Shown here: positions 32,951 through 49,479 of the stretch, one piece after another | Position numbering within the stretch: the stretch's first letter is position 1 | Layout of the letters: the number at the start of each line of letters is the position of its first letter | Assembly (NCBI RefSeq): GCF_009914755.1 | Contig: NC_060925.1 | DNA length: 64,000 bases | Reading direction: 5' to 3' (one strand) | From: the human T2T-CHM13v2.0 reference genome, Homo sapiens | The notes under the pieces: generated by a model | Told to the model about the DNA's origin: nothing | The model's input: only the letters and a program-made list of their open reading frames with translations | Database searches by the model: none | Position numbers and translations under genes: made by a program

Positions 32951-33092
32951 CTTGCAGACAAGCAAGCAGAGCCGCAGAGCAGTGACCCGTGCCCAGCGCC
33001 TCGCAGCTAGAGCTGGATTGGAATCCAGGGCTTTGCAGGCTTCCTGCTTCACTCAATCCTCTTTCTGTTGCCTCTGGCCTCAAGGTGTTGGC
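32951..33092 (-). ncRNA. Candidate exon of a minus-strand spliced transcript
   Basis: Acceptor tttaatctgctacttcctcccag; consensus donor AAG|gtgagt; 142 nt; locally CpG-enriched. Confidence 0.45.
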
Positions 33093-33324
33093 CTGGGAGG
33101 AAGTAGCAGATTAAATTCCATGGGCACGAAGTCCGTAGCTGACGAATACTTAAGATGTTGCAGTTTCACAGTGAAAGTTGGCAAGTCCAGGGTGGGAACA
33201 TGCCTCAAGCAGCTGAGTCTTCTGGATTTTACTTCTGTTCTTTGCCTCTCAATTTTTGATTTTGTTATATAAAAAGCAAATCAGTAACTATTGCATTATA
33301 TTCTGCAGTGACTCAACAGCGACA

Positions 33325-33565
33325 CTTAATTCAGCCAACCAAGGTTTACTGAACTGCTCGTGGTGCCGGGAACCGTGCTGGGATAGGATACAGGGACCAA
33401 CCAGTCCTGATCATTAGCTTAGCCAGAGAGGTAAACTGACTGACAATCAATCTGCCAGGGATCAATTACTATGGAAGCTCATAGTGTGGGCCCCTAACCC
33501 AGACTGTGGGTCTGAGGAGGTCTCCTGGAGGTAGTGCTATCCTAACAGAGACCTGAAGGGTACTT
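33325..33565 (-). mobile_element. L2 fragment
   Basis: attcagccaacc...ttactgaac...gtgctgggata...ctcctggagg...gagacctgaagg. Confidence 0.5.
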
Positions 33566-33599
33566 GGAATCCAGCCACAGAATACTATTTACCATCTCA

Positions 33600-34100
<501 letters not shown>

Positions 34101-34541
34101 TCAATGCAGCAGCATTGGACCCTCCCAGCCAAACCCCACTCCCACCTCCCATCCTACTGGAGTCTCTTTCCCTTCGTCTTGGTCTACTTGAGTAGATAGG
34201 GTCCTCGTTGGTGCAAACAATCTGTGATTTATGACCCAGATAGTCCTGCCAGGTCACAGAGAAGTGTACTCTGCACCCAGCAGTCCTCAAGACAGACTTA
34301 GGCTCTCGGTTCCTGCAAGGCACCCCTAGAGGACAGCCTCTCAGCAGTACCCAGCACCCTGCACAGGGCCACTTTTGTAGCCTCCACCTGCCTGCTCACT
34401 CCCTTTTTCTCTCCTTGGCCTTCTCCACCCTGAATGCTTGTGCAAGCATGCTCACTCTCCTTCCCCAGCCCCTCTGCACACACTGACACACACTCAGCTC
34501 CCAGCTTTCATCCTCTCTCCCACCTCTTGTGGTGAGTTCTG

Positions 34542-35007
34542 AGCCTCTCCATGGCCATCCTCCCAGCCCAGGCCATCCTCCCAACCCAGCCTCTCCATGG
34601 CCATCCTCCCAGCCCAGACCATCCTCCCAGCCCAGCCTCTCCAGCCCATGGCCAGCCTCCCAGCCCAGCCTTTCCATGGCCATCCTCCCAGCCCAGGCCA
34701 TCCTCCCAGCCTAGCCTCTCCAGCCCGTGACCAGCCTCCCAGCCCAGCCTCTCCAGCCCAGGCCATCTTCCCAGCCCAGCCTCTCTAGCCCATGGCCATC
34801 CTCCCAGTCCAGCCTCTCCATGGCCATCTTCCCAGCCCAGCCCCACCTCTCCAGCCCATGGCCATCCCTCCCAGCCCAGGTCAGGCTCTGAGCCCAGGCT
34901 CTCCAGCCCATGGCTATACTTCCAGCCCAGCCTCTCCATGGCCATCCTCCCAGCCCAGGCCATTCTCCCAGCCCAGGAGTATTTCTGGAAACGCTCCCAG
35001 CCCAGCA
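34542..35007. repeat. Modular C-rich minisatellite (VNTR)
   Basis: Shuffled modules gcctctcca / gccca / (t)ggccatcctcccagccca. Confidence 0.93.
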
Positions 35008-35459
35008 TTTCCAGAAAAGGAAAATACAGCCAATGCTGAGAGTCTCAAAGGTCACTCAGTTCAGACCCGCAGAAATGTTTTTGTTTTATTTTTTTACTTG
35101 GGATCTTTCAACCAGTCAGCCTGATGCTCTTGTTTGATTTCCATGTTTGTTGTAGTGAAATACTGATAATCAAAAAGTTATTCTACATGATGAGCTGTTC
35201 CTCCTACTTCTTTACAGTTTCTCCATTTTCCAAAATTTCTACAATCAAGATGTATTGCTTTTATAATCATAAAAAGTTAAAATGTTAACATATTCTGACA
35301 GAAATATAGGAATTATTAAGACTTTTTTCTAGGTGGTGGAATTATGGGTAACTGTTTTTTCTTTGTTCTGTATATTTCCAAATCATCTAAAATCAACATA
35401 TATTGCATTTAGGTTTGTGTGTGAGGGGTTTTTTCCCCCATTTTTAAATTTGTGTGTGG

Positions 35460-35585
35460 TTTTTTGTTTGTTTGTTTGTTTGTTTTTTTCTTTTTTTCAG
35501 ATGGGGGATCTTGCTATGTTGTCCAGGCTGGTCTCGAACTCCTAGGCTCAAGCAACCCTCCCATCTCAGCCTCCCAAGCACCTGG
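35460..35585 (-). mobile_element. FLAM fragment
   Basis: atcttgctatgttgtccaggctggtctcgaactcctaggctcaagc. Confidence 0.85.
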
Positions 35586-36364
35586 TGAGGTTTTTCTCTA
35601 AAAAGGAAAAACATGTGGAAGACAATCAGAGATGATTTTTGAGTAATGCAGAACAACTCCAAAAGAATAAGCAGAATGAATGCTCATAAGGTGAAAGCAT
35701 TTCAGAAAACCTATTACAAGCAACAATGGAAGAAAATTGATTGAAACTGTGCCTACCTTCCCTAACACTCTCCACCTTCATCTGAGGTTTGTGATCCACA
35801 GACTCAAGCCATCATGGACCACGTCTTCATAGTCCCACACTATTGTCTGCATGATTTATACAAATGCAAAGCCTACCATTACTTAAATGGTAAAAGAAAT
35901 ACAGGAAGCAGAGACTGTGCTATATCAAAATGTATCTTTCTCTACTACCACTGTTTTGCTTCGTGCTGTGCAGAACTGCCACTAAGCATTTTCATAGTCG
36001 AGAGAGCCAGAGACACAGAAAGAGAGAAATTATGGTCAAATTATGGCACCATACCATTAACGTACGAGAGATTGGTGCCGCTAGTGTATGATTACTGCTT
36101 TTAATATGATTTTCGCTTTCTATCTTGTAAAATACTGTGAATTTACTGCTGAGCCTGTGTACTGCTACTCTCCCAAAGAGAAAATTACTTCTTCCAGAGG
36201 ATCTGCTTGCACAAGCGTAAAATCTTTGCAGCTCTCTGAGCAGCAAGAGAACCACATCAGACTTGATATGCTGATTTGGCTCTTTTGAGTTACCTGTTCC
36301 AGAGAATTTTGGGCAAGGATTTTTCCAAGATGTCATTTTCTTTATATGTTATTTTCTTTATATT

Positions 36365-36870
36365 TGTATCCATTCACATCATCAAGTGTCTTATTGAGTA
36401 CCTCCTAATTGCAAATGATCTTAGTGGCTGCTGTGAGAGACACATGGATTCTAATACAGGGTGCTTGGTTTAGAGAGACTTGTAAGCACCAACTGATATC
36501 GAGGGGGAAAACAAGCAGAGGGAACAGGAAGTGCAAAGGCCCTCAGGAAGAAATGAGCAAGGCCAACAGGGCTGGGAAGATGAAGGTAGAGGAGATGAGA
36601 ATAAAGAGGTGGGTAGGGGTGCGGTCTTGTAACATTTGAGGAGCTGAATTATATTCTAAATGTGATAAGAAGCCATTTGAAAGCTTTGAGCAAGAGAATA
36701 AGGGCATCTGATTTTTTTTTTTATCCCTCTAGCTATGAGAATAGGCTATAGGGGACTAAAAGCAGAAGCGAGTAGGCCAGTTAGTAGGACGCAACTGCAG
36801 ACATTTAGGCTGGAGAAGACAGTGACTTGGACGAGGGTGGTGGTGTGAAGGTCACTGAGGTGTGTGGAGA
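36365..36870 (-). mobile_element. L2
   Basis: ttattgagtacct...gagggaacaggaagtgcaaaggccct...ttatattctaaatgtgataagaagccatt. Confidence 0.7.
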
Positions 36871-37001
36871 CTGGAAGGCACAGAGTCAGAGGACTTGTCT
36901 TCTAACTCCATGATACTGCTCCAGATGATGAACAGGCACTCAGAAGGAACCCAATAAACATGTCTTCCTGAATGTATGGCTGAATGAAGAGTACCGACCC
37001 C

Positions 37002-37244
37002 CTCACTTATAAGTAGGAGCTAAGTTATGAGTATAAAAAGGCGTAAGAATGAGATAATGGGCTTTGGGGATTCAGGGGGAAAGGGGTGAGGGAGGTGAGG
37101 AATAAAAAACAACACACTGGGTACAGCATATACTGCTCAGGTGACAGGTGCAGCAAAATCTCAGAAATCACCACTAAAGAACTGATCCATGGAACAAAAA
37201 AATCACCTGTTCCCCAAAAACTATTGAAAATTAAAAAAAAAAAA
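37002..37244 (+). mobile_element. L1MA/L1PB 3' end
   Basis: ctcacttataagtaggagctaag...aatctcagaaatcaccactaaagaact...ccccaaaaactattgaaa plus poly-A. Confidence 0.88.
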
Positions 37245-37260
37245 TTAAGCAACCGAATAG

Positions 37261-37898
<638 letters not shown>

Positions 37899-38397
37899 CT
37901 GTTTGTAGATATTTTAATTAGAGAAAAATATAAAATTTCAAGCCCATCAACCAGTTCTGCTCTATAATAATCAAAAACTATCTTTGCAATAAAAAAAGTT
38001 ATAAAAAAAAAGTACTTACCCCTAGAATCACTCTCAAATGTAAGATCAGGGAACTCCCTCTAGACTCAAGGGTGCCTGAGAGGCCACGTGGTTTTTAGAC
38101 TCTCCTGGTTCAGCTTCACCACCTGATGCTCTTCCCTTCCACCTAGAGCTTTTCGCAGCCCACAAAAGATGTGCTCCATGATTCCAAAACAGAAAGGCTT
38201 CTGGTTAGGAGAGAACACTAAGGCAGCAAAGTAAGCCCTCAATCAAAATCCCTCATTCACTAGCACTCTTTAGAAGTAGAAATCATTAGGACGCCCAAAT
38301 GCTTCTGAAAAAGTTCTGTGGTGCATCCAAAGATCATCCCAGTAGTTTGTTTGCCTTAAAAGTATTTGTTAAAACATAAAAACTGTATGTCTACGTA

Positions 38398-38573
38398 AGT
38401 GATTTTCAATCCTAGCTGCATATTAAAAATCCCTGAAGAGCCTTTAGAATAGGCCAGCCTTCAGGCTCCACCCCATTCCAAGTCCATCAGAATCTCTGGC
38501 ATGAGGTCCTGGCATCGGTAGTATTTAAAAGCTCCCAGGTGATTCTTATGTGCGTCAGGGTGGAGGGGCACTG
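38398..38573. mobile_element. MER5-family hAT relic
   Basis: gtgattttcaatcctagctgcatatta...atcagaatctctgg...aaaagctcccaggtgattct. Confidence 0.75.
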
Positions 38574-39193
38574 CTGTATGTGAAGTGAGTCATTTTCCTA
38601 TCTGCCCTTCACCGCAGGACATGAGTAATCCTGTGAACCAGCCACAGCTGATGACAGTGTTCAGCATTCTACATGGAGCTCAAATCCCCCAACCCCTCCT
38701 TTTAAGCGCTTGAAAGAATTGCTCAGAAAACTTATACTACAAATATATTTTAAAATTTAGGGCTTAGGAGTGGACTGCCCCCAGTAGCTCAACATTTTAT
38801 TACTCCTGCCTTAGTCACCCATTTCTTCTTTCTCTCTGCCTTGCTCTTTCTCTTCTCCTCCCCCTGCTGTCCCTCCCACTCTCTTCCATCAACCTGCCCT
38901 TAGCACTGTAGGCAGCTGCCCACCTGGAGGCTCCAGGCTGCAGAGATCAGCCCTTAGGAGAAGGTCTGGATAAAAAGTGGAACTTGTGGAAAGGGCATAT
39001 CATTTATAAAATTTCTTGCTTTACTGCAAAAATGTGTGCTTCACTGCTTTGGAAAACAGTCTGGCAGTTCTTCAAAAGGTAAAACATGGAGCCAGGCATG
39101 GTGGCTTATGCCTACGATCCCAGCACTTTGGAAGGCTGAGGCAAGGGATTGCTTGGGAGTTGGGAGTTGCGGTGAGCTATGAGTTTGGGTGCA

Positions 39194-39648
<455 letters not shown>

Positions 39649-39651
39649 CTC

Positions 39652-39769
39652 TTTTTTTTGTTTGTTTGTTTTTTTAGAAACGTGGTCTGTCTATGTTGCC
39701 CAGGGTAGGTCTCCAAGTCCTGGGCTGAAGCAATCTGCCCACCTCCACCTCCCAAAGTGCTGGAATTAG
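39652..39769 (-). mobile_element. FLAM (paralog of 37780-37880)
   Basis: Shares the acgtggtct variant with the upstream FLAM. Confidence 0.8.
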
Positions 39770-40151
39770 GGAGGGAGTTTGAGGTTGCAGTGAGCTATGA
39801 TTACATACTGCACTCCAACCTGGGTGACAAAGCAAGGCTCTGTCTCAAACAAAAATAAAGAAAAGAAAAGGTGAAACATGGAGGTATCATATGGTCCAGC
39901 AACTCTACTCCTTGATATATACCCAAGCTAAATAAAAACATATATCCACACAGAAATGTATACACCAATGTGCATAGCAGCATTATTCATAATATTCAAA
40001 AAGTGAAAACAATTCAAATGCTCATCAACTGATAACTGGATAAACAAAATGTGGTATATCCACACACTGGAATATTATTCATTGATAAAAAGCAACGAAG
40101 TACTGATACATGCTACAACTTGGATGAACCTTATAAAAATTATGCTAAGTG

Positions 40152-40452
<301 letters not shown>

Positions 40453-40489
40453 CTAAGTGAAAGAAGTCAGTCATAAAAGTTGACATATT

Positions 40490-40652
40490 GCTGAGCGTAT
40501 GGTGTGCACCTGCAGTCCCAGCAACTTGGGAGGTGGAGGTGAGAGGATCACTTGAGCCCTGGAGTTCCAGGTTGCAGTGCACTATGATTGTACCACTGCA
40601 CTCCAGTCGGGGTGGCCAAGAAAGACCTTGCCTCAAAAAAAAAAAAAAAAAG
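40490..40652 (+). mobile_element. FRAM
   Basis: Right monomer; TSD aagttgaca. Confidence 0.85.
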
Positions 40653-41739
40653 AAGTTGACAAATTCTATAATTCTACTTCTATAAAATGTCCAGAATAGG
40701 TAAATCTATAGAGACAGAAAGGAAATTAGTGATGGCCAGAGGCTGAGGGTAGAGAAGAATGGGGAGTGATTACTAATGGGTACAGTTCATTTGGGGTGAT
40801 AAAAATGTTCTAAAATTGATTGGAGTGATGGTTGTACAACTAAAATACACCAAATACCATCAAACTGTACATTTTTAAGTGGACAGATTATATGGTAAGT
40901 GCGTTATATCTTACTAAAGCTGTTAAAAATAAAATATGTATTTCAACAGCAGAAAACTGTGAATGCTGAAATGATCGTATTTTTAAAAAATCATCTAGTC
41001 TCTAAAAGAGTGTGTTGACTGGACGATTATAGTCATAGCAGTAGGCATTATAACACAAAGAGATATGATCAATCACCTCTAGAAATATTTTCCTTAATTA
41101 TAGAAAGTACAACAACCTTCGCATGCATTGTTTGAGCATTTTATAAATTCTTTTTCATCTTCGCACTTTAATAATGACTCTTCCTTTTCAATAACAGAGT
41201 TTTCTTTACTTGTCTCACTAATTTTCACAGCCTCCACTTCCAGGCACTCATGGAACCTTAACCCTTCTTACAAAGGAGATCAAGGGGTTCAGTGTTTTAA
41301 AGACCCTGCTCTGAGGCACAGGGCCAACTCCAGTCCCAAGTGACATCCTTACCCCAAATCTACCCACGTCCATTCACTTAGCCCCACACTAGGGCTACAA
41401 GGGATTCTGTGGGTCCCCCACTCAGTTCCACATTAAACTCCCAGCTTTGCAGGATTTCTCCCTTTAAATGTCTCCCCACTAACTTCCCCCTACGCTCCGT
41501 GCCTCTTCCAGGCCAGCTCCCCAGAGTTTTCCCAAATTGTTCCAGAAGCTCCATGATCCACTTCAGTCACCTCTCCTCAGAATACTCCTGGAGCTGAGAG
41601 TTTTGGAATCGCCCTCAGTTTCTTCACAGATTTCTCCTTTGCTGGACCCTCCACCGGCCCTCCCCACAGCCCATCTGAGAGGTTTTGAGCAACCTGTTCC
41701 TCTTCTAAGCACCTCACATAGATGACCTCAGTGACACTT

Positions 41740-41905
41740 CCCCACAGCCCTTTGAGGCACTTTATCTCATCATCATCTCTGTTTTATGAAGTGAAAACTG
41801 AGGGCACCTGGAGATGAAGTCATTTCCCAAGGTCACACATCTAGGAAAGATGGAGTCAGGACTTAGCCCTGATCGGTTTGGCTCAGAGCACACATTTTAA
41901 CCCCA
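41740..41905 (-). mobile_element. MIR
   Basis: ttttatgaagtgaaaactgagg...cccaaggtcacacatctag. Confidence 0.7.
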
Positions 41906-42247
41906 CACCTCCTGTCATGAAATGCCCTGTGTGTTGAGAGTCTACTGGGTACCGGGTACTGTTCCAAGTTCTTTACATGTATTTACTCACAACACTCCTC
42001 TCAGATGCTTCCATCAGAAAATAGCAAAGTTTAAACGATGGACATCCTCATAAAGCCAAGCCGATTGTGCTTGGTCAGGAAGACCTGGAAATACTCACTT
42101 ATTCAAAAAATATTTAATAGGCACTATGTTCCAGGCATTGCTCTAGGAAATGGGAAAACATCAATCAGTAAGATGAACAAAAATCTTTGCCTTCATAGAA
42201 CTTACCTCCGTATGAGGTGAGACAGACAATAAATATAGAAAATAAGT

Positions 42248-42761
<514 letters not shown>

Positions 42762-42762
<1 letters not shown>

Positions 42763-42847
42763 GAAGAGACAGAGAGAGAGAGAGACGGGGGGGGGGGGGG
42801 GGGGGGAGGGGGAGAGAGAGAGAGAGGGAGAGAGAGAGAGAGAGAGA
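42762..42847. repeat. (GA)n-G20-(GA)n polypurine microsatellite
   Basis: Directly visible; G run at 42787-42806. Confidence 0.95.
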
Positions 42848-42930
42848 ACAAAAAACAAAACAAAACAAAAAACAAGTTATACAGCATGTTAGATACAAGG
42901 TCTTAAGTGCTGCCTAAAATGGGGTAGTAG

Positions 42931-43640
<710 letters not shown>

Positions 43641-43770
43641 TGCACAGCTGAAGTTAACAGAGCGTCTGAAGAACCTCATTTTAATCAGTAATTTCAGCCC
43701 TTAGAAGGGAAGGGAGTTGCTGAGGAGTTGTAAAGCTGCCTCCACCACCTTTATCTGTTTTTCTATACCT

Positions 43771-43789
43771 CAACACCCCCTGGTGGAGA
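43771..43789 (-). promoter_or_regulatory. CTCF core motif
   Basis: Minus strand tctCCACCAGGGGGTGttg, near-perfect match to the CCACCAGGGGGCGC core. Confidence 0.65.
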
Positions 43790-44129
43790 TAAATGGCCAT
43801 GCGGAAGAAGCAGAAAAGGAATTTTCATAATGCCCGGACTGGAAAAGCCAGACTAGGACACTACAGTGCGACTAATTCCTAAGCTTTTCTTCTGTTTCCT
43901 CTCCTGAATTCTCTTTTGAGTATCTTACTCATTTGTTTAATCCCCCATGGTGCTGTACAGTTATTTCATAAATGCGGATGAGCGAATGAATTTGTTAATG
44001 AATGAAAGGTGGATGAATGAATGAAAGAATGAAATGTTGAATGAATGAATAAGTGCATGGGGGCATCCGTTACACTAAGGGAGAGAAGGGCATTGGTTTA
44101 TAACAGTCATTGAAAGGTAGAATGAGTAG

Positions 44130-44642
<513 letters not shown>

Positions 44643-45229
44643 GCACTTCTTAACTAACCTACAAAAGTTCAGGATACTTTCTTGAAATGTTCCCTCGTTG
44701 GTGGCAGACTCCTGACCCAGGTAAGCTCTGATCAAATCAAGAAAGTGATAACACCATGGTTGATGTACAATATATAGTAATGCAAAAAAGTAAATATGTT
44801 TTCAAATTTATACTTCTACTGAGGAATGGCGTTAAAATTCATGTGAATGTATACTTTTATTGCAGAAATTTAGGGAGGAGTGTTCTTTATTTTAAAATAT
44901 CTGTTTAAATATTAGTACATAGATTAGCCATTTATTAAACATACTCTGTTGATATCATTATCTGGAGCTGTTGTATACTTTATTTATATTTAAAGTTACC
45001 ACATGCAAACTAGGGGGAAATTATATATTCAGAAAATTACCAAAATATGTTTCTAATACAGCATATATACCTACCTACATATATACTCATCTTCAAGCAC
45101 ATGTGTGACTATAAGAAATTGAAATGCATTTTTCTTGCAAATTACTGGTATGTTCAAAGTTCAAAGTTGATTGACACATGCTTTCACTTAATGAAGGTAA
45201 TTACAAAGAATAACAATTCCAAACAGATC

Positions 45230-45286
45230 TGTTCAGTGTAACAATCTTGTCCTGCCATGTTCAGTGTAACAATCATGTCCTGCCAT
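45230..45286. repeat. 28-bp tandem duplication
   Basis: tgttcagtgtaacaatc(t/a)tgtcctgcca x2. Confidence 0.95.
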
Positions 45287-46542
45287 CTCATGATTACATT
45301 GAGAGCTGTCAGATATGCAGTTTTACCACCAATCATGTGTAAGCACATTTGTAAGACAAGAAACAGATTAATAAGCATCAACACTTTCCTCTAAACACTT
45401 GTTTAAAAGAATAAAAGCTGCTGGCACTGAAGGAAATGATACAACGGTGGAAGCTTTTTCTATCTAGCCTCCAAAAAATAACCCTGCAAGATTCACAGGA
45501 AGGACAAAAGTGCATGCTGGAGCCCTTGCAACAGCTCCTCTCTTGGAGGAAGGTAAAATCACACAGAGCTGCCTTTGCTGGTCTTACTTTGTCTAATAGA
45601 TTGGGCATATATAACTCCTTTTACTGATAATCTCTGCTGAACGCTTTGGGGTAATAGACCAAAGTAATAGACCAAAGAGAAGGTTGGCTTCTCCTCCAGA
45701 CAGTTAGCACTTGTTGAGTAACTAGTATTTGGTAAAGACTAGTCTAGCTAAAAATCAAGTGGTATTGGGGTGATTGATCATATATTTAGAGACAGATGGT
45801 TACCTAGACCTCATTTAGGAAACCCAAATACATATGGAAAATGTCTGTGATTACAATTACATTGCAAGGTAGGTTTAGTCCTAACTTCAAACACCGGGAT
45901 TATAAAAGAAGTTTCCACTATATTTAGTTTTATCCGGCTAAGTATGTTGGGTAAATGAACATTGTACCTAAAATACCGAAGAGTGGATTTCCACTTTACT
46001 TTTTACTAACATGTATAATAGCAGGTAAAATGAAAATGGATGGGCAAAGAACATTGAAACAATCAAACTGTATATAACATTAGCTTTGTTACTATATCAT
46101 AATTGTGGGGCCTTTTATTGCAAAGCTGGTAGGATTTAGGGTCATGTTTTTTTATAGCAAGGGGGCATAGAATTATAGCCAGTCAGTTATATGATCCCAG
46201 CCTAGTCATTAATGTAATGTGACTGTGTTTGCTTTTGTGTGACACGAGGCATTATGAAACACTGCTGACATATCAGATAATGGCAAAAAAAAATAAATAG
46301 TAGAACTTTAAGACAAAAGCTCTTCGGTCAAGCTGCATTCAGGAATATGCATTTTACATTTAAAAATAAAGGGAAACATGTTTATTCCATGTTTGGAAAT
46401 AGAGAAAAATGTATATTTAAAAATTAACTTTCTCCCATGGAAAATACATTTCTGTAATCTTGTTTTCAGAAGAGACTAGGCTTATGGGTCTCCCAACACC
46501 ACTCAGAAAAATTACCTGCAGTGCTGTGTAGAACAGTGAATG

Positions 46543-46610
46543 AAGAAAGAGTAAGCTAGCCAACTTGCAAAGCCAAGTGCATCTTTAGTAGGGGAATGTT
46601 GGACATTATT
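46543..46610. repeat. Left arm of non-Alu inverted repeat IR2 (partner 48186-48255)
   Basis: gctagccaacttgcaaagccaagtgcatctttagtaggggaatgtt is the reverse complement of 48198-48243 with 3 mismatches. Confidence 0.88.
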
Positions 46611-46888
46611 TGGAGTGGTATGGTTGTTTGAGATATCTTTAGTCATGTCCCATTTTAGTAGTGTGAAATTCACCAAACAAGAGTTTCTTCAAAAATGTTT
46701 TAATGTATTAGTTGTGCTCATATCTCCGACACTGCTATAAAAGGGATCATAAGCTTTAAACTTAAGTGCTTATTGCATTATTCTCATTATTTACTTGGAT
46801 ACTACTTATTAAATCATATTTCAATGCAATGAAAACAAATAATGTAAAATAATCTCATTCCTTTTCTGACTTTAAAGCTACTACTCAC

Positions 46889-46963
46889 CTTCTCAGAATG
46901 AACAAAGTCTACATTTGAGGATACAGCCTTTGAAACAATGCCAACCACCGCAGTCACCCAGGC
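46889..46963 (-). ncRNA. Candidate exon of a minus-strand spliced transcript
   Basis: Acceptor cctggcttttcag; consensus donor AAG|gtgagt; 75 nt; frame 0 open (AWVTAVVGIVSKAVSSNVDFVHSEK). Confidence 0.45.
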
Positions 46964-47061
46964 CTGAAAAGCCAGGTTTTGTATTTCAGAATCATAGACT
47001 TACAGAGCACAAGAGCTGGAAGAGACTTTGTAGATTATGAAGTGTTGTCCTCTGTTTTTTA

Positions 47062-47390
<329 letters not shown>

Positions 47391-47399
47391 TTATAGGGA

Positions 47400-47510
47400 G
47401 AAAACAGCATGAGGACTCAAAAGATCTGGGTCTTATTTCTAGCCTCAGTTTCTTCATGTGTAATATGGGAATAGCAACACCTGTTCAGCTAACATGATAA
47501 ACACCTCATG
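47400..47510 (+). mobile_element. MIR
   Basis: gcctcagtttcttcatgtgtaatatgggaata. Confidence 0.65.
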
Positions 47511-47856
47511 TATTGCTGATATCTTTAGTGACCTTGAAACCTCACCCACGCATTGCACCTTGAGGTGAATTTGGAGGTCTGCTTATGTGGCTTACCTTTG
47601 GCTTCTCCCTCAGCCAGGCTAAAACCTTATTGAAGAGAGAATGGGGTGAGCCTTCTGAGACTGCTGAGCAAGCGTGTGTTGAAGGTGATCTGAGTGTCTG
47701 TTGCTATGTGATGGGCCACCTTAGTATAGGCGGGGATGAGAATGCATTGCTGCAATGGACGCGTTAACTCGGAAACCAAGTCTCACTTGACCATTCTATA
47801 CGTGGGAGCCTCCAAAAGCACATGTGAGGCTCACCTGTCAGTCACCTCTGTAAAAT

Positions 47857-48108
<252 letters not shown>

Positions 48109-48156
48109 TAAAACATTTTAGAAAAAGAAATGTAAGGAAACAAAATATTTCTTTAT

Positions 48157-48203
48157 AATGTTATACATTGTTTCTTTTAGAAAAAGAAACAATGTATAAC
48201 ATT
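48157..48203. repeat. Perfect palindrome, 22-bp stem and 3-nt loop
   Basis: aatgttatacattgtttctttt-aga-aaaagaaacaatgtataacatt. Confidence 0.97.
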
Positions 48204-48255
48204 CCACTACTAAGGATGCACTTGGCTTTGCAACTTGGCTAGCCTGCTCCCTCTC
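48186..48255. repeat. Right arm of inverted repeat IR2
   Basis: Reverse complement of 46543-46610. Confidence 0.88.
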
Positions 48256-48944
48256 TCTCCAAAGTTAGCATGCATTTGTTCCCCCTCACTCCTGGGGAAG
48301 GCAGGAATGGGGAATTGCTAAGGTAATGTCCTAAACCGCAACAAATACGTGCATCTGACCAGATTCTCAGAGCCAGCTGCTTCTATGGCATCTTGGCGTC
48401 TGAGCAAATAATTTACAGAAATTCCACAGGAAAGGAGGTGCTTTAAAGCCTGCAAGAGAGAATAGGCACAGCTGTGACAGCTGGGAGCAGGAGCTGCCAC
48501 TGATCTGTTTCCCTGCTTATCACAACACCATTAATCAATCCCAATCCCAGCAGGGCCCAACAAACCTTACTCCACTTCTCAGAGCCTGACGGTTCAACTG
48601 GAATCTCCTTGAAACCATGTCCTGAGAAGGACATCTCATTGATGCATTACACAATTTGCTTCATTAAAAATATTTAAACTGTGGGTGGGGAAATTTAAGG
48701 AAAGAAGAATACAACGTTAGCAGACCTTCCCTAAATTTCCATTACACATAATTTCTCTACTGTTTTATAAGGCATTTAAATGAGGTATTTGTTTGCACTT
48801 GAAACCTACTGTTGCTCAGTGAGGCCTGTTATGTGCTGCTCCTTATTTCTGGCAAGCTGAACTTGACCACAGAGGTCACCAGAAATATATTAAATAATCT
48901 GTAGCTAATGAAGCTCATCGTCTACAACATCAGATCACACTTAC

Positions 48945-49003
48945 CTTATGCAGCTGGGGAGGAGAATGTACTGTCTCTGCTGCCATTGCAGACATAACAG
49001 CTT
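48945..49003 (-). ncRNA. Candidate exon (5' boundary uncertain)
   Basis: Consensus donor AAG|gtaagt; weak acceptor at 49004-49005 (alternative 49023-49024); contains ATG TCT GCA ATG GCA. Confidence 0.35.
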
Positions 49004-49203
49004 CTAATTGTACAGAGATTTGCTAAACAATAACTCAAGAAGCAACAGTGGTAATAGCCACCATTAATTAAGTGTGTACTGTGTGCCAGACACTTTAAAA
49101 AATTAGCTCACTTGACCCATATAATCACCCTGTGAAGTATTATTATTACTGTTTCTATGTATAGGTAACATTTCGTAGTGTATTTTTATTTCTGTCTCAA
49201 AAA

Positions 49204-49479
49204 TTTTTTTTGATACAGGGTCTTGCTCTGTCGCCCAAGCTGGAATGCAGTGGCATTATTATGGCTCATTGCAGCCTCAACATCCCAGGCTCAAACAATC
49301 CTCTCAAGTAGCTGAGACTACAGGCACATGCCATCATGCCCAACTAATTTTTTGATTTTTTGTAGAAACGGGGTCTCTCTGTCTTGCTCAGGCTGGTATC
49401 AAACTCCTGGCCTCAAGTGATCCTCTTGCCTGAGCCTCCCAAAGTGCTGGGATTACAGGCGTGAGCCACCTTGCCCAGC
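49204..49479 (-). mobile_element. AluJ, next to a MIR at 49060-49165
   Basis: TSD gtagtgta(t/c)ttt. Confidence 0.9.

Noticed and set aside
34542-35007. Repeat array or amplified Alu linker (51188-51284) as CRISPR-like
   Set aside because: Eukaryotic context, no constant repeat with unique equal-length spacers, and no cas genes.
34396-35137. Overlapping ORFs with WAG/GLG/PSS repeats
   Set aside because: They arise from the VNTR; several frames on both strands are open, so this is no coding signal.
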